From: a virus
Virus record (IMG/VR): IMGVR_UViG_3300044846_003008
Length of the DNA stretch: 64,000 nt
Direction: 5' to 3' (one strand)
Of the stretch, positions 10,697 through 19,616 are shown piece after piece. Numbering within the stretch: the first letter of the stretch is position 1; each line of letters opens with the position of its first letter. The position numbers and the translations under genes are program-made. Under the pieces are notes generated by a model. That model searched no databases. It was given only the letters and a program-made list of their open reading frames with translations, and was not told the DNA's origin.

Positions 10697-11560
10697 TTAG
10701 AATGGTAAATCTTCGTCTACCTCAGCATTAACCTGTGGGTCAACAATTACAGGTTTAGACTCATTCTTTGGTTTTGAACCACCAAATGATTCTTCTGCCG
10801 ATGTTGCGTCACCGTAAACGTATTTACCTTGGTCATTATCCCATTTAGGAGTTTCACCACGAGCAATCGCTTCTAAGTATTCAACAGGTTTTTTAGAATA
10901 AACATCTTTCCAAGTTAACTCATCATTAGCCCAAGAGTTTTTAGTATCAACATCTTCGTGTAATGTAGTTGGGTCATCATACATAACTGTTTGAATAACC
11001 GTATATTCTTTACCTTGGTTAGTTTTTGCCTTAGTCATTTCAAGGATAAGGTCTCTACCTTTTTCAGCATCGGTGATATCACCTTTGTTTCTCCAAATTG
11101 GAATGATTTTGTCCAAGATACCCTCATTTTTGTAGTTGTGTTTAAATCTCCAAAATTTAGGACCATCCTCTTCTTTATCACGGTCAATAACTTTTACAAT
11201 GTAAAATTTACGTGATTTGTAGTTTTTTGCAAGTTCCTTGTCGCCATCAATTAACAACTCTTCGTGAACTTCGTTCAAAGGTGAACGTTCATTGTCGTTC
11301 ATACCAGGGTCATACAATTTAATCCATTTCCCGTCGATAAACATTTCGTGGAACCACACTTCCACAAATGGTGAAGAACCATCAGGTGTTGGGAGAATTC
11401 TTAATCTCTTAGAACCTTGTTTCTCATTATCTTTCAAGATAGCCGCGAAATATTTTTTCATTCGCTCGTCTTGACTCATTTTGTTACTGTTAGAAGGGTA
11501 ACCACCTTGTTGTGCTTTCTCGTATTGAGCTAACACTGAATCTAATGTACTTGTCGCCAT
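10697..11560 (-). CDS. Single-stranded DNA-binding protein (T4 gp32-like)
   Basis: 'RLRILP...PFVEVWFH', 'YIVKVIDR', 'DITD...GRDL', acidic tail 'EVDEDLPF'. Confidence 0.88.
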   Translation of the reverse strand: MATSTLDSVLAQYEKAQQGGYPSNSNKMSQDERMKKYFAAILKDNEKQGSKRLRILPTPDGSSPFVEVWFHEMFIDGKWIKLYDPGMNDNERSPLNEVHEELLIDGDKELAKNYKSRKFYIVKVIDRDKEEDGPKFWRFKHNYKNEGILDKIIPIWRNKGDITDAEKGRDLILEMTKAKTNQGKEYTVIQTVMYDDPTTLHEDVDTKNSWANDELTWKDVYSKKPVEYLEAIARGETPKWDNDQGKYVYGDATSAEESFGGSKPKNESKPVIVDPQVNAEVDEDLPF

Positions 11561-11585
11561 AAAATTTAGTTTATTTGTTTATTAA

Positions 11586-11614
11586 AGTATAAGTCCGCCT
11601 TGTTGTATTGTCAA
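11586..11614 (-). promoter_or_regulatory. Sigma70-type promoter heading the ssb-recA-exo-helicase-nrd operon
   Basis: Minus strand TTGACA (11614-11609), 17-nt spacer, TATACT (11591-11586), 25 nt upstream of the SSB ATG and just downstream of a terminator. Confidence 0.85.
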
Positions 11615-11630
11615 ATTTTTTAGGAAAAAA

Positions 11631-11655
11631 AACTTGTCTTTTTTTAAGACAAGTT
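11631..11655 (-). terminator. Terminator after the Pro-rich gene
   Basis: AACTTGTCTT-N5-AAGACAAGTT perfect inverted repeat followed by Ts on the minus strand. Confidence 0.75.
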
Positions 11656-11675
11656 CATTTCCAATGTATTATCTA

Positions 11676-12368
11676 TTAAAAATTATTCTTGTAACCTTCC
11701 TCATCATCAAAGTCTCTAAAAGTCTTTTGAATTTCGTTAGGTGAAAAATCTTTAACCTCATCCGTAGTTAAAATATATTCGTTTTTACCTGATTTTTCCA
11801 TATCTTCTTGTTTATCAATAAAGAAATCGGAAAGTTTTTGATTATAAGGTCCTGAATCTAAACTTCTTAACTCTAATTTTTCTTGTGGTGTTTTTTCACG
11901 ATATTTATCGACTTTAGCCTCAAGACTATTTAGTTGGTTCACAATATTATCCATTTCACCTAATTTACTTTCCAAATTTTCTAAGTGAGAAAATAATTGT
12001 TGGAAGTATTCTTCTTGTTTCTCCTCAACATTCTTTTGAGATTTAACCAAATCAGTAATGTCAAGTTCTTCTTTACCTGACTCATCACCAACTTTTTCAA
12101 CATCAGGGTCAGCTTCCACATCAACAGGTGCTGGTTCAGTACCAGGTGCCGGTGGTGGAGTCGCTCCCGCAGCCGCAGGGTCAACAGGAGGTGCTCCCGC
12201 TAAAGGGTCCGCAGGTGCTCCCGCCAATGGGTCAGCAGGGGCACCCGCTAATGGGTCTTCTGCCGGTGGTGGTGGTAACTCTTGTTCATTAATGTATTTA
12301 TTAATAGAGTTAAATCGAGACAATTCTTCTAAAATTTTTTTATCAATATTCATAGTTTTGTTATCCAT
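11676..12368 (-). CDS. Pro/Ala-rich acidic coiled-coil protein (possible internal head/scaffold-type protein)
   Basis: Three DPLAGAP repeats, a predicted coiled coil 'LENLESKLGEMDNIVNQLNSLEAKV', and N-terminal ILE/INE motifs. Confidence 0.7.
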   Translation of the reverse strand: MDNKTMNIDKKILEELSRFNSINKYINEQELPPPPAEDPLAGAPADPLAGAPADPLAGAPPVDPAAAGATPPPAPGTEPAPVDVEADPDVEKVGDESGKEELDITDLVKSQKNVEEKQEEYFQQLFSHLENLESKLGEMDNIVNQLNSLEAKVDKYREKTPQEKLELRSLDSGPYNQKLSDFFIDKQEDMEKSGKNEYILTTDEVKDFSPNEIQKTFRDFDDEEGYKNNF

Positions 12369-12585
12369 TTAATAATTGTTTAACACCTGAACGTGTCTCA
12401 ACTTGTATTTTTTTATTTGTACTCATTGTGTTGTCAACTCTTTCAATTAGACCATCTTTCATTCTAATTGTATAACAATCACCTGTATCTAAATCACAAA
12501 CTTCTTTAAATCCGTTACCGGCATCTTTTTCAGTGTGACGGGTACTTTTACCCAAATAGTTATCTAAGATTAATTTAGTGTTCAT
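12361..12585 (-). CDS. Small hypothetical protein
   Basis: 74 aa, ATG preceded by TATTTAT (12602-12608), overlaps the start of the next gene. Contains 'CDLDTGDC'. Confidence 0.75.
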   Translation of the reverse strand: MNTKLILDNYLGKSTRHTEKDAGNGFKEVCDLDTGDCYTIRMKDGLIERVDNTMSTNKKIQVETRSGVKQLLNG

Positions 12586-12635
12586 AATAATATGTTTATA
12601 TATAAATATCTTTAATTGTGAAAAAAATGTTTATA

Positions 12636-15600
12636 TCAAATATTAACCGAATTAAATAATTTAATATTATCGGTAACTTTACTAACAATATTATCTCTAT
12701 CAGTCTGACTCATTGACATCCAATTCGCCATTTCAACATCTGATGAGTTTGGTAAACGATTCACAAACCAAAACTCAGCAATTGACGGAGCAATTTTACC
12801 ATCACTATTTGGTTTAACGGTTGACATTCTAGTTTTAAATCTATTAATTAACATATCAATATTTTTATCAACCGAACTAAACGACGCATAAGGTAATAAT
12901 GTTGACCCACCACTTTTCATACAATAAAAAACAGGTTCAAAAGATTTAATAATTCCCCAATCCCTTGATAAATCAACACCGGATAAATTATTTAAAAACC
13001 CCCTTCCAATATTATTTAACATAATAGATGAGAATACCACAAATTTCAATTTACCATCATCAGGTACATTTGCGTTTGCCATTCTTGACATTATTTTAGT
13101 TACTAAATCTTTTGTGGTAATTAAAGTCTCTTCAGGTTCATCAACAGGTGTGTATTTTTTATATTTTTCAAATAATAAATCAGAACAACTATTTGATGGT
13201 TCTATCGTTTTATCTTTACTTGTTGATGCGACCGCATTTGACGTTTGATTCTGTGTTGTTCCTCCTGTTGAATTCGCCAACGTTTTAGTTGCGTCAGTAT
13301 CTGACTTCTGTTTGTTTTTCTCAACAATTGATGCTAATAGATTAGCTTTCAATGATTGGATATAATTATCAATTTTAGGTAACGAAGCCGTCGGTTGTCT
13401 AATACCCTCAACAATTGTTTCAAAAGTACCTGGTCCAATTGTATGGTTAACCGATGTTATCATATACGGACCATAGAACATTGGAACGTGTCTTAAATTG
13501 AAATACATTGTTGGTTGTATCAACGCATTCCCCATCATTGATATTGTACAAGTATAACTTCTATTCTTATATAGATTATAAAGTGAAATATTCTGACTTG
13601 CGGCTGCTTTACCTGAAGATTGATTCGCCATTTGATTCTCCACCTCTAACGATTCCGCAGTTGCTTTACCATTTTGTTGGGAAACATTAAACCCATAAAA
13701 TATAGATTGGTTTTGTGGTCCAATATCAACATTAAACCCAACAACTTTGTTTGATTTATCCCAATCTTTTTTACCTATCTGATTTTCCAATAATGGATTA
13801 TCACTAGATTTTCTAATATCAAAGGCATCATCCCTAAACTTAAAATCAACATTTTTAATAGCAACAGTCTCACTCGGTTTACCCGCGTAAGTACAAACCA
13901 TTTTTGCTGAAGAATCACGAGTATCCACATTCATAAATGTACCAAATAATGTATTGGCAAATTCTGTAGTTCCTTCAGGTCTTGGATTTGCGTTTTTAAC
14001 GGCATCTTGTACGTTATAAAAGTTCACATACGCCGGTAAATTCATTACCACAAAATTGTTCTCCATTAATATGGATTCAACAAATGATAACATATCAACT
14101 TTAGTTCCTTCGTGAAATAATGTATCTAACCTACTTTTTAATTTATAGATATCAACTAATATTTTATCACCAATATTTCTACTAGCCCTATCAAGTAATA
14201 ATACATCCTCAAAATATGTCTTAGTCTTTAAATCCGCACCCGCAATCCATTTGTCATTTAAGGATTTAAAACTATCCCAATAATCAAGTTTACCCTGAGA
14301 ACCATTAAGTACTGAATCAACAATCGGTTGTGGTGTATTATTAACATCAGGTAAAATTACTTGTAATCGTAACATTAAATTATTCAACACCCTGTCTTGA
14401 AATTTACTTGATGATTGTATGTAATCATCCATTAATTTTTTGAAATTAACTTCATTAAAGTTTGATTTAGATACCGGTGTTGTTATTAATTTTTTAGACC
14501 TAATTTTTTTAGAGACTATCGGGTTTTCTTGAATCCCTAAAGGACCGTAATGTACGACAATTAATTCGTCGAACAATTTTAAATCATCAGGCTCTAACGA
14601 AGAAGGTAATGAATCCACAACATTTTTGTCAGGTGCAAATAAGATAGCCGTTTTCTTAGGTCCTGGTCCTAAAAATATCTCAATTTTATTACCATCCTGT
14701 AATATCGCATATGAATTTTTATTTTCTGTTGTTGGGGGTAACGCAGTGTTATCCAACGATTCACTTAATTTTTGAGACGCATAAATTTTAATAATTGGTG
14801 CGAATGTTTTTATATTAGTATCGGTAAACGCAACATTAAAGTCCAAAAAGAAATCAGTGATAAACGAACCGTTATTTGAATACATTAATTGATTAATATC
14901 GGAATACCCAACATAAGTTTCCAAAACCTTCCATTCGTTAGGGTAGTTGGCCTTTGACGCCGCTAATGTCACCGACCCACCATTAGAAGGTAAAGCATTC
15001 GGTGTTGTTGAAACATACTTATCCCAAGTATAAGAATCAGTTAAACTATAGTTAGAAAACGTATAGAATAACCTTTTATCAAAATTTGATGGGTTACCAT
15101 ATTTCACATACATATTAGTATCCAAGAATTTTTTGATAGTATTATTAATATTGTCAAATTGTTGTAATTGGATGTTCTCAACCAACTCAGTTGGTGTTGT
15201 ACCTGTTTGTGTTGGGGTACTCATCATACTAATCATTAGTTTCTGAAAATTCATTCCATAATCAACATTCTCATCAATGTCGTATTGTGATTTACAAAAA
15301 TCTAAAAACTTAGTTTCAAACATATCCAATATATCGGTTTCAAAAACTGAAAAGATTTCACTGATTTCCGAATAACTATTTAATCCACCTTTGATTGAGA
15401 AATTTTCTTGATTTGTACTACCCGTTAAAATTTGTTTTAAATAATTTGTCGGACTTGGTTTCATTACTCGACCACTATCAAAATACCCGTAAGTTGGTGC
15501 CGCCCAAAATGTTCTAACAGAACCGTTATACATCGCAGTATTACCTGTCACCTCAACTCTTAAATCACCGTATTGGAAACACTCTTCTTGAGTTTGATTT

Positions 15601-18600
15601 TTAATCACCCCCATAGATGGCATTGGGAATATATTTGCCCCATCATCTGATTCAACAAATACTGTCCAAGGATTAATCCTTAAATCCCTATTAATATTAT
15701 TAGCATCAAACGTTTTAACACCCGTAATTGACGCACTATCAACATATTGTAATGAAACACCGTAATCATTCACACCATTCTGAATGTCACCATTAGTATA
15801 TCCTGAAAAAACATTATATCCTTGATAAAACACATTGAAGTCGTTAATAACTTTAGGATAAAATCCTGTGTTAATTAATGTTGTCGTGTCAGTACCAAAT
15901 GTACTAGTTTTTTCTAAAACAATATCTATAGTTCCTCCATTAACTGAGAAAGTATAGTTTTTAGTTTTTGCTGATGTTACAGGGTCGAAATTGGTAACAT
16001 AATCAAAATTTTTCCAAGCATTATCTAAAATATCAACACCATCATTTACGTATCGTTTATAACGATGCCAAACTGAACCTAACTTAACAATCCAAGCATA
16101 AGGTAACTTATGTAGTGCTCCGAATTTTTTCAATCCCGCAAAAATATAATCAAGGTCTAAGGTTGTTCCCGCATCATATTTACGATTTCGTTCTCTTAAT
16201 GTCGCTAATGGTAAACTATTCAAAAATAGATACGCCGCAGAGACATAAGGTGTCTTATCATAATTTCTAAAATTTAACACCCCCTCTTGGATTGAGTTCA
16301 CAAAATAAGGTGTGTTTAACATAGATATTGTTTGTTTTGAATCAACATATCCACTATAATTGGCATAATATAAATCACCCTCAGTTATGATTTGATTTTC
16401 AGGTTTTCTGTTACTATAAAAATCTTTAAATGTCGCACTATCTTCAGGTGCCGGTGTCGTAATCGTCCCCATATGAACAAAGTTCGTGATTGGGTAAGAC
16501 GAATCATTTATTGTAAAACTTGTGATTGTTTTATATTGTTTATCAAACGATAAAGTTTTTGTTGTATTAAATGCGTCACGACTTAACGATATTGAACCAC
16601 CATTCGATAAATTATTCTTACACCAAGTAGTATCAATAAATGGGTAAGTATCTAAAACATCAAACGAATTACTTGTTGTTGACCCGGTTAAATAATCAAT
16701 GAATGAATCCTCTTTACTTAAACTTATCATAGGTTTAGATAATGGATTCTCCATAACTTCCTCATCAATAAATAAAAAGTTATCAGATTGTGATAGTTGT
16801 TTAATATAAGGTGTATTGTAGATACCTCGGATATAATTTTGCCAGCTAACACCAACACCCTGATTAGACATATGTTCTAACACTTGGATAAAGTTTTGAG
16901 AATTTAATGAGTATTCTTTTAATTTTTTGATTAAAAATGGATTATCATTTGACAAACTTTCTTTAATATTAATAACCTCACTTTCAGCAATTAAATTTGC
17001 AGTACTATCCGCGGCTGATACAAAACTATTGGTTCTGTTTAACCTTGAATAGTTTGTTAAGAAAATAATTCTTTCCAATAATTCGTAGAAAAATTTAACC
17101 TCCTCTTTATTTTGGAACACCGTGTTAGAGATTGGGAATTCAATTGCGTTTAAAGTAATTCTATTAACATCGGTTACTTCATTAAACTTTGGTGACGCTA
17201 ATTGAGGTTCTGACGCTCTCGCAGTATACCCTTTCATAAACTCCTCAACAAACTCAATTTCAGGCCACACATTTAATAAATGACCATTTGTTACTCCGAC
17301 AACATCATTGTCACCAGGATATCTATGTTCAAATTTTTCGTGACCATCTTCACCACTTGTAGTTATCATATAAGTCGGCCAAGGATATACAGGTAGTAAA
17401 TTATTAACACCCGAACTAAGATTATCAGGGTTAGCATTCGAAACAGTATTCTCAAATATTGGTTTTTTTCTCAAAGGATTTAATCGTTCTTCCCAAGCAG
17501 TTGAGTGAACATCATCCATTAAACGTAGAAACGCTTCACCATTGGCAAAAATCACCGCAAGAACATTTCTAATATTAGGAACAAACCCAATACCATTATC
17601 ACTACTTTGTAATAATTTAGCCAACGCATTAGTTAAATCATCTTGTATTTTTTCTCTCCATTTACTTACATCCGCAGCAATTTGTTCAATCTTGTCATTA
17701 AAACTATTTTTACCCTGAAAATAAAACCAATCAAATTTTGGTACAGGATTACCATCTTTAAGAACTATGGTTTGGTCATTTAAATATTTTTTAGCAACTA
17801 ATTCCGCTTGGAATTTAGTCAACTCTTCATTACTCGGCTCTGTTTTAGACCCTTTAACTTGTCGATAGGTCTCTTTTAAGTTTAATTGTTTTTCAGTAAA
17901 TGATATTTCAAAAATACTTTCTTTAATGTTTACAGGTATACTAGAATTGGTTGTCTTACCATCAATAGTGTATTTACCTTCAACACCTAATGTTTCATTT
18001 AAAGATAATATTTTATTACATTCCGTAACAATCTTTTTTAATTCGGTTATTGCGTTATTTCTTTCATTTGGTGTAAATTCAGGTTTAAAGGTGTAAATTT
18101 TAAGAGTATTTGATTGACCTGTAGCCGTTTTAACTATTGTTGTTGATGTACCATTAGTTAACGAATTTAAATTACCCGACACCGGATTATCAATTATTAA
18201 AAAATTGACTTTATCCATATACTTGTCAACCCAACACACTTTATCATATAGAAAAATTTGGCTTTTATAATCATTCAGTTTCTTTTGATATTCCTCAACT
18301 TTAGTTAATGGGTCCATATTTTGTTTAGTAAATGAATCCAAAATATTTTTGATAAAATTCTCAAGATTGTTTCTCATTCTAGCAATGGTCAACTCAGGAA
18401 AATCATCAGGAATCATTCCTTTTGTTTTATACTCAGTATAGACTTCCTTAATTTTCCCATAACCTTTCGTCGCAATAACATCATTAACTTCTGTTAAATT
18501 ACCAGGTCCACCTGTTGTTGGTTTCACCGAGTATCTTGAGGTATACATATGTGGAACTGCCAATAAATAACCCATTGACACTTCAGCTATCGCACTAAAT

Positions 18601-19301
18601 TTATATGTGTAAAACACCAAATCTATTACGAAATTACTACTATACGAATCATATCGAGCATTGAATGATTTTAACATCAATTTATATTTGATTGCCTTAC
18701 CATAGTACCCTTTAACCGTTAATTCAAACATTGGATATGGCATATTGAAAAATGCCGCGTAAGGTGAACTATTTCCCGCCTCAAATAACGCACGTCCTTT
18801 AACGTCAATTAATTCAATATTAAACGTCGGCATAAAATCTAAACCTTGACGAATATTAATACGTGAAATACCTAATAAACCATTATCAGTCGCTTTTTCC
18901 GCACCATCTGAATGTATTGTTTGTCTAAGATAAAAGTCGTTATCCATATTTGGATTTTTAACTGACTTTTGATTTGGCTGATTAACCCCTTTACCCTGTA
19001 AAGTATTTTTACCCGTAATTTCGTCGGTATAACTATTATCCAAAAATTCTTTATCACCAGGTTTTAAGAAATTGATTGATGCGATTGATAAATTTTGTAT
19101 TCTATCATTTGCCGCAACACCCGCAGCCAATTTAGTTCGAGGTAAAACTTTACACTCCAAATTGGCATACATCACCAAATTCTCTTGGTTAACATATCGT
19201 TCTTTACCTTTACCATCTTCACCTAATACCTTATTAGGGTCAACTATGATTAAGTTATTGTAATCGAAATCTACTAATATATTTTCTGTTTTATCTACCA
19301 T
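12636..19301 (-). CDS. Large baseplate hub protein (gp27/gpD/VgrG-like ends with a large insertion)
   Basis: N-terminal 'LGISRINI...FNIELIDVKGRALF...PYPMFELTVKGYYG' and late 'YTCTISMMGNALIQPTMYFNL..VPMFYGPYMITSVNHTI...FETIVEGIR' resemble hub proteins. Lies after the LysM-like and tube-initiator genes. Confidence 0.7.
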   Translation of the reverse strand: MVDKTENILVDFDYNNLIIVDPNKVLGEDGKGKERYVNQENLVMYANLECKVLPRTKLAAGVAANDRIQNLSIASINFLKPGDKEFLDNSYTDEITGKNTLQGKGVNQPNQKSVKNPNMDNDFYLRQTIHSDGAEKATDNGLLGISRINIRQGLDFMPTFNIELIDVKGRALFEAGNSSPYAAFFNMPYPMFELTVKGYYGKAIKYKLMLKSFNARYDSYSSNFVIDLVFYTYKFSAIAEVSMGYLLAVPHMYTSRYSVKPTTGGPGNLTEVNDVIATKGYGKIKEVYTEYKTKGMIPDDFPELTIARMRNNLENFIKNILDSFTKQNMDPLTKVEEYQKKLNDYKSQIFLYDKVCWVDKYMDKVNFLIIDNPVSGNLNSLTNGTSTTIVKTATGQSNTLKIYTFKPEFTPNERNNAITELKKIVTECNKILSLNETLGVEGKYTIDGKTTNSSIPVNIKESIFEISFTEKQLNLKETYRQVKGSKTEPSNEELTKFQAELVAKKYLNDQTIVLKDGNPVPKFDWFYFQGKNSFNDKIEQIAADVSKWREKIQDDLTNALAKLLQSSDNGIGFVPNIRNVLAVIFANGEAFLRLMDDVHSTAWEERLNPLRKKPIFENTVSNANPDNLSSGVNNLLPVYPWPTYMITTSGEDGHEKFEHRYPGDNDVVGVTNGHLLNVWPEIEFVEEFMKGYTARASEPQLASPKFNEVTDVNRITLNAIEFPISNTVFQNKEEVKFFYELLERIIFLTNYSRLNRTNSFVSAADSTANLIAESEVINIKESLSNDNPFLIKKLKEYSLNSQNFIQVLEHMSNQGVGVSWQNYIRGIYNTPYIKQLSQSDNFLFIDEEVMENPLSKPMISLSKEDSFIDYLTGSTTSNSFDVLDTYPFIDTTWCKNNLSNGGSISLSRDAFNTTKTLSFDKQYKTITSFTINDSSYPITNFVHMGTITTPAPEDSATFKDFYSNRKPENQIITEGDLYYANYSGYVDSKQTISMLNTPYFVNSIQEGVLNFRNYDKTPYVSAAYLFLNSLPLATLRERNRKYDAGTTLDLDYIFAGLKKFGALHKLPYAWIVKLGSVWHRYKRYVNDGVDILDNAWKNFDYVTNFDPVTSAKTKNYTFSVNGGTIDIVLEKTSTFGTDTTTLINTGFYPKVINDFNVFYQGYNVFSGYTNGDIQNGVNDYGVSLQYVDSASITGVKTFDANNINRDLRINPWTVFVESDDGANIFPMPSMGVIKNQTQEECFQYGDLRVEVTGNTAMYNGSVRTFWAAPTYGYFDSGRVMKPSPTNYLKQILTGSTNQENFSIKGGLNSYSEISEIFSVFETDILDMFETKFLDFCKSQYDIDENVDYGMNFQKLMISMMSTPTQTGTTPTELVENIQLQQFDNINNTIKKFLDTNMYVKYGNPSNFDKRLFYTFSNYSLTDSYTWDKYVSTTPNALPSNGGSVTLAASKANYPNEWKVLETYVGYSDINQLMYSNNGSFITDFFLDFNVAFTDTNIKTFAPIIKIYASQKLSESLDNTALPPTTENKNSYAILQDGNKIEIFLGPGPKKTAILFAPDKNVVDSLPSSLEPDDLKLFDELIVVHYGPLGIQENPIVSKKIRSKKLITTPVSKSNFNEVNFKKLMDDYIQSSSKFQDRVLNNLMLRLQVILPDVNNTPQPIVDSVLNGSQGKLDYWDSFKSLNDKWIAGADLKTKTYFEDVLLLDRASRNIGDKILVDIYKLKSRLDTLFHEGTKVDMLSFVESILMENNFVVMNLPAYVNFYNVQDAVKNANPRPEGTTEFANTLFGTFMNVDTRDSSAKMVCTYAGKPSETVAIKNVDFKFRDDAFDIRKSSDNPLLENQIGKKDWDKSNKVVGFNVDIGPQNQSIFYGFNVSQQNGKATAESLEVENQMANQSSGKAAASQNISLYNLYKNRSYTCTISMMGNALIQPTMYFNLRHVPMFYGPYMITSVNHTIGPGTFETIVEGIRQPTASLPKIDNYIQSLKANLLASIVEKNKQKSDTDATKTLANSTGGTTQNQTSNAVASTSKDKTIEPSNSCSDLLFEKYKKYTPVDEPEETLITTKDLVTKIMSRMANANVPDDGKLKFVVFSSIMLNNIGRGFLNNLSGVDLSRDWGIIKSFEPVFYCMKSGGSTLLPYASFSSVDKNIDMLINRFKTRMSTVKPNSDGKIAPSIAEFWFVNRLPNSSDVEMANWMSMSQTDRDNIVSKVTDNIKLFNSVNI

Positions 19302-19614
19302 AATAAAAGAAATGTGTCTCTAATTGATTGTTATAATCCTGTAATGAAGCTACTAAAGGAAATGGAATTGTCAATATAGAACCATCACTTATGTTCCATT
19401 CTTGACCACCAAAATTAGGATTAGCGGACATAATTAACCAACCAAAATATGGAGTACCATAATATTGTTGTGACATTTTATCTAATCTTGATTGTCCAAC
19501 TTTGTAAATATACCTCTTGTCGGTACTTTTACTCGGTATATTAACATAAGGAACCACAGTTTGTTCCCCATCTATTATGAAGTTGTTATATCGGTTATAA
19601 TATTGTCTACCCAT
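19291..19614 (-). CDS. LysM / tail-X-like baseplate wedge protein (gp53-like)
   Basis: 'YIYKVGQSRLDKMSQQYYGTPYFGWLIMSANP...DGSILTIP' is a LysM-like pattern. Confidence 0.85.
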   Translation of the reverse strand: MGRQYYNRYNNFIIDGEQTVVPYVNIPSKSTDKRYIYKVGQSRLDKMSQQYYGTPYFGWLIMSANPNFGGQEWNISDGSILTIPFPLVASLQDYNNQLETHFFYYGR

Positions 19615-19616
19615 AA

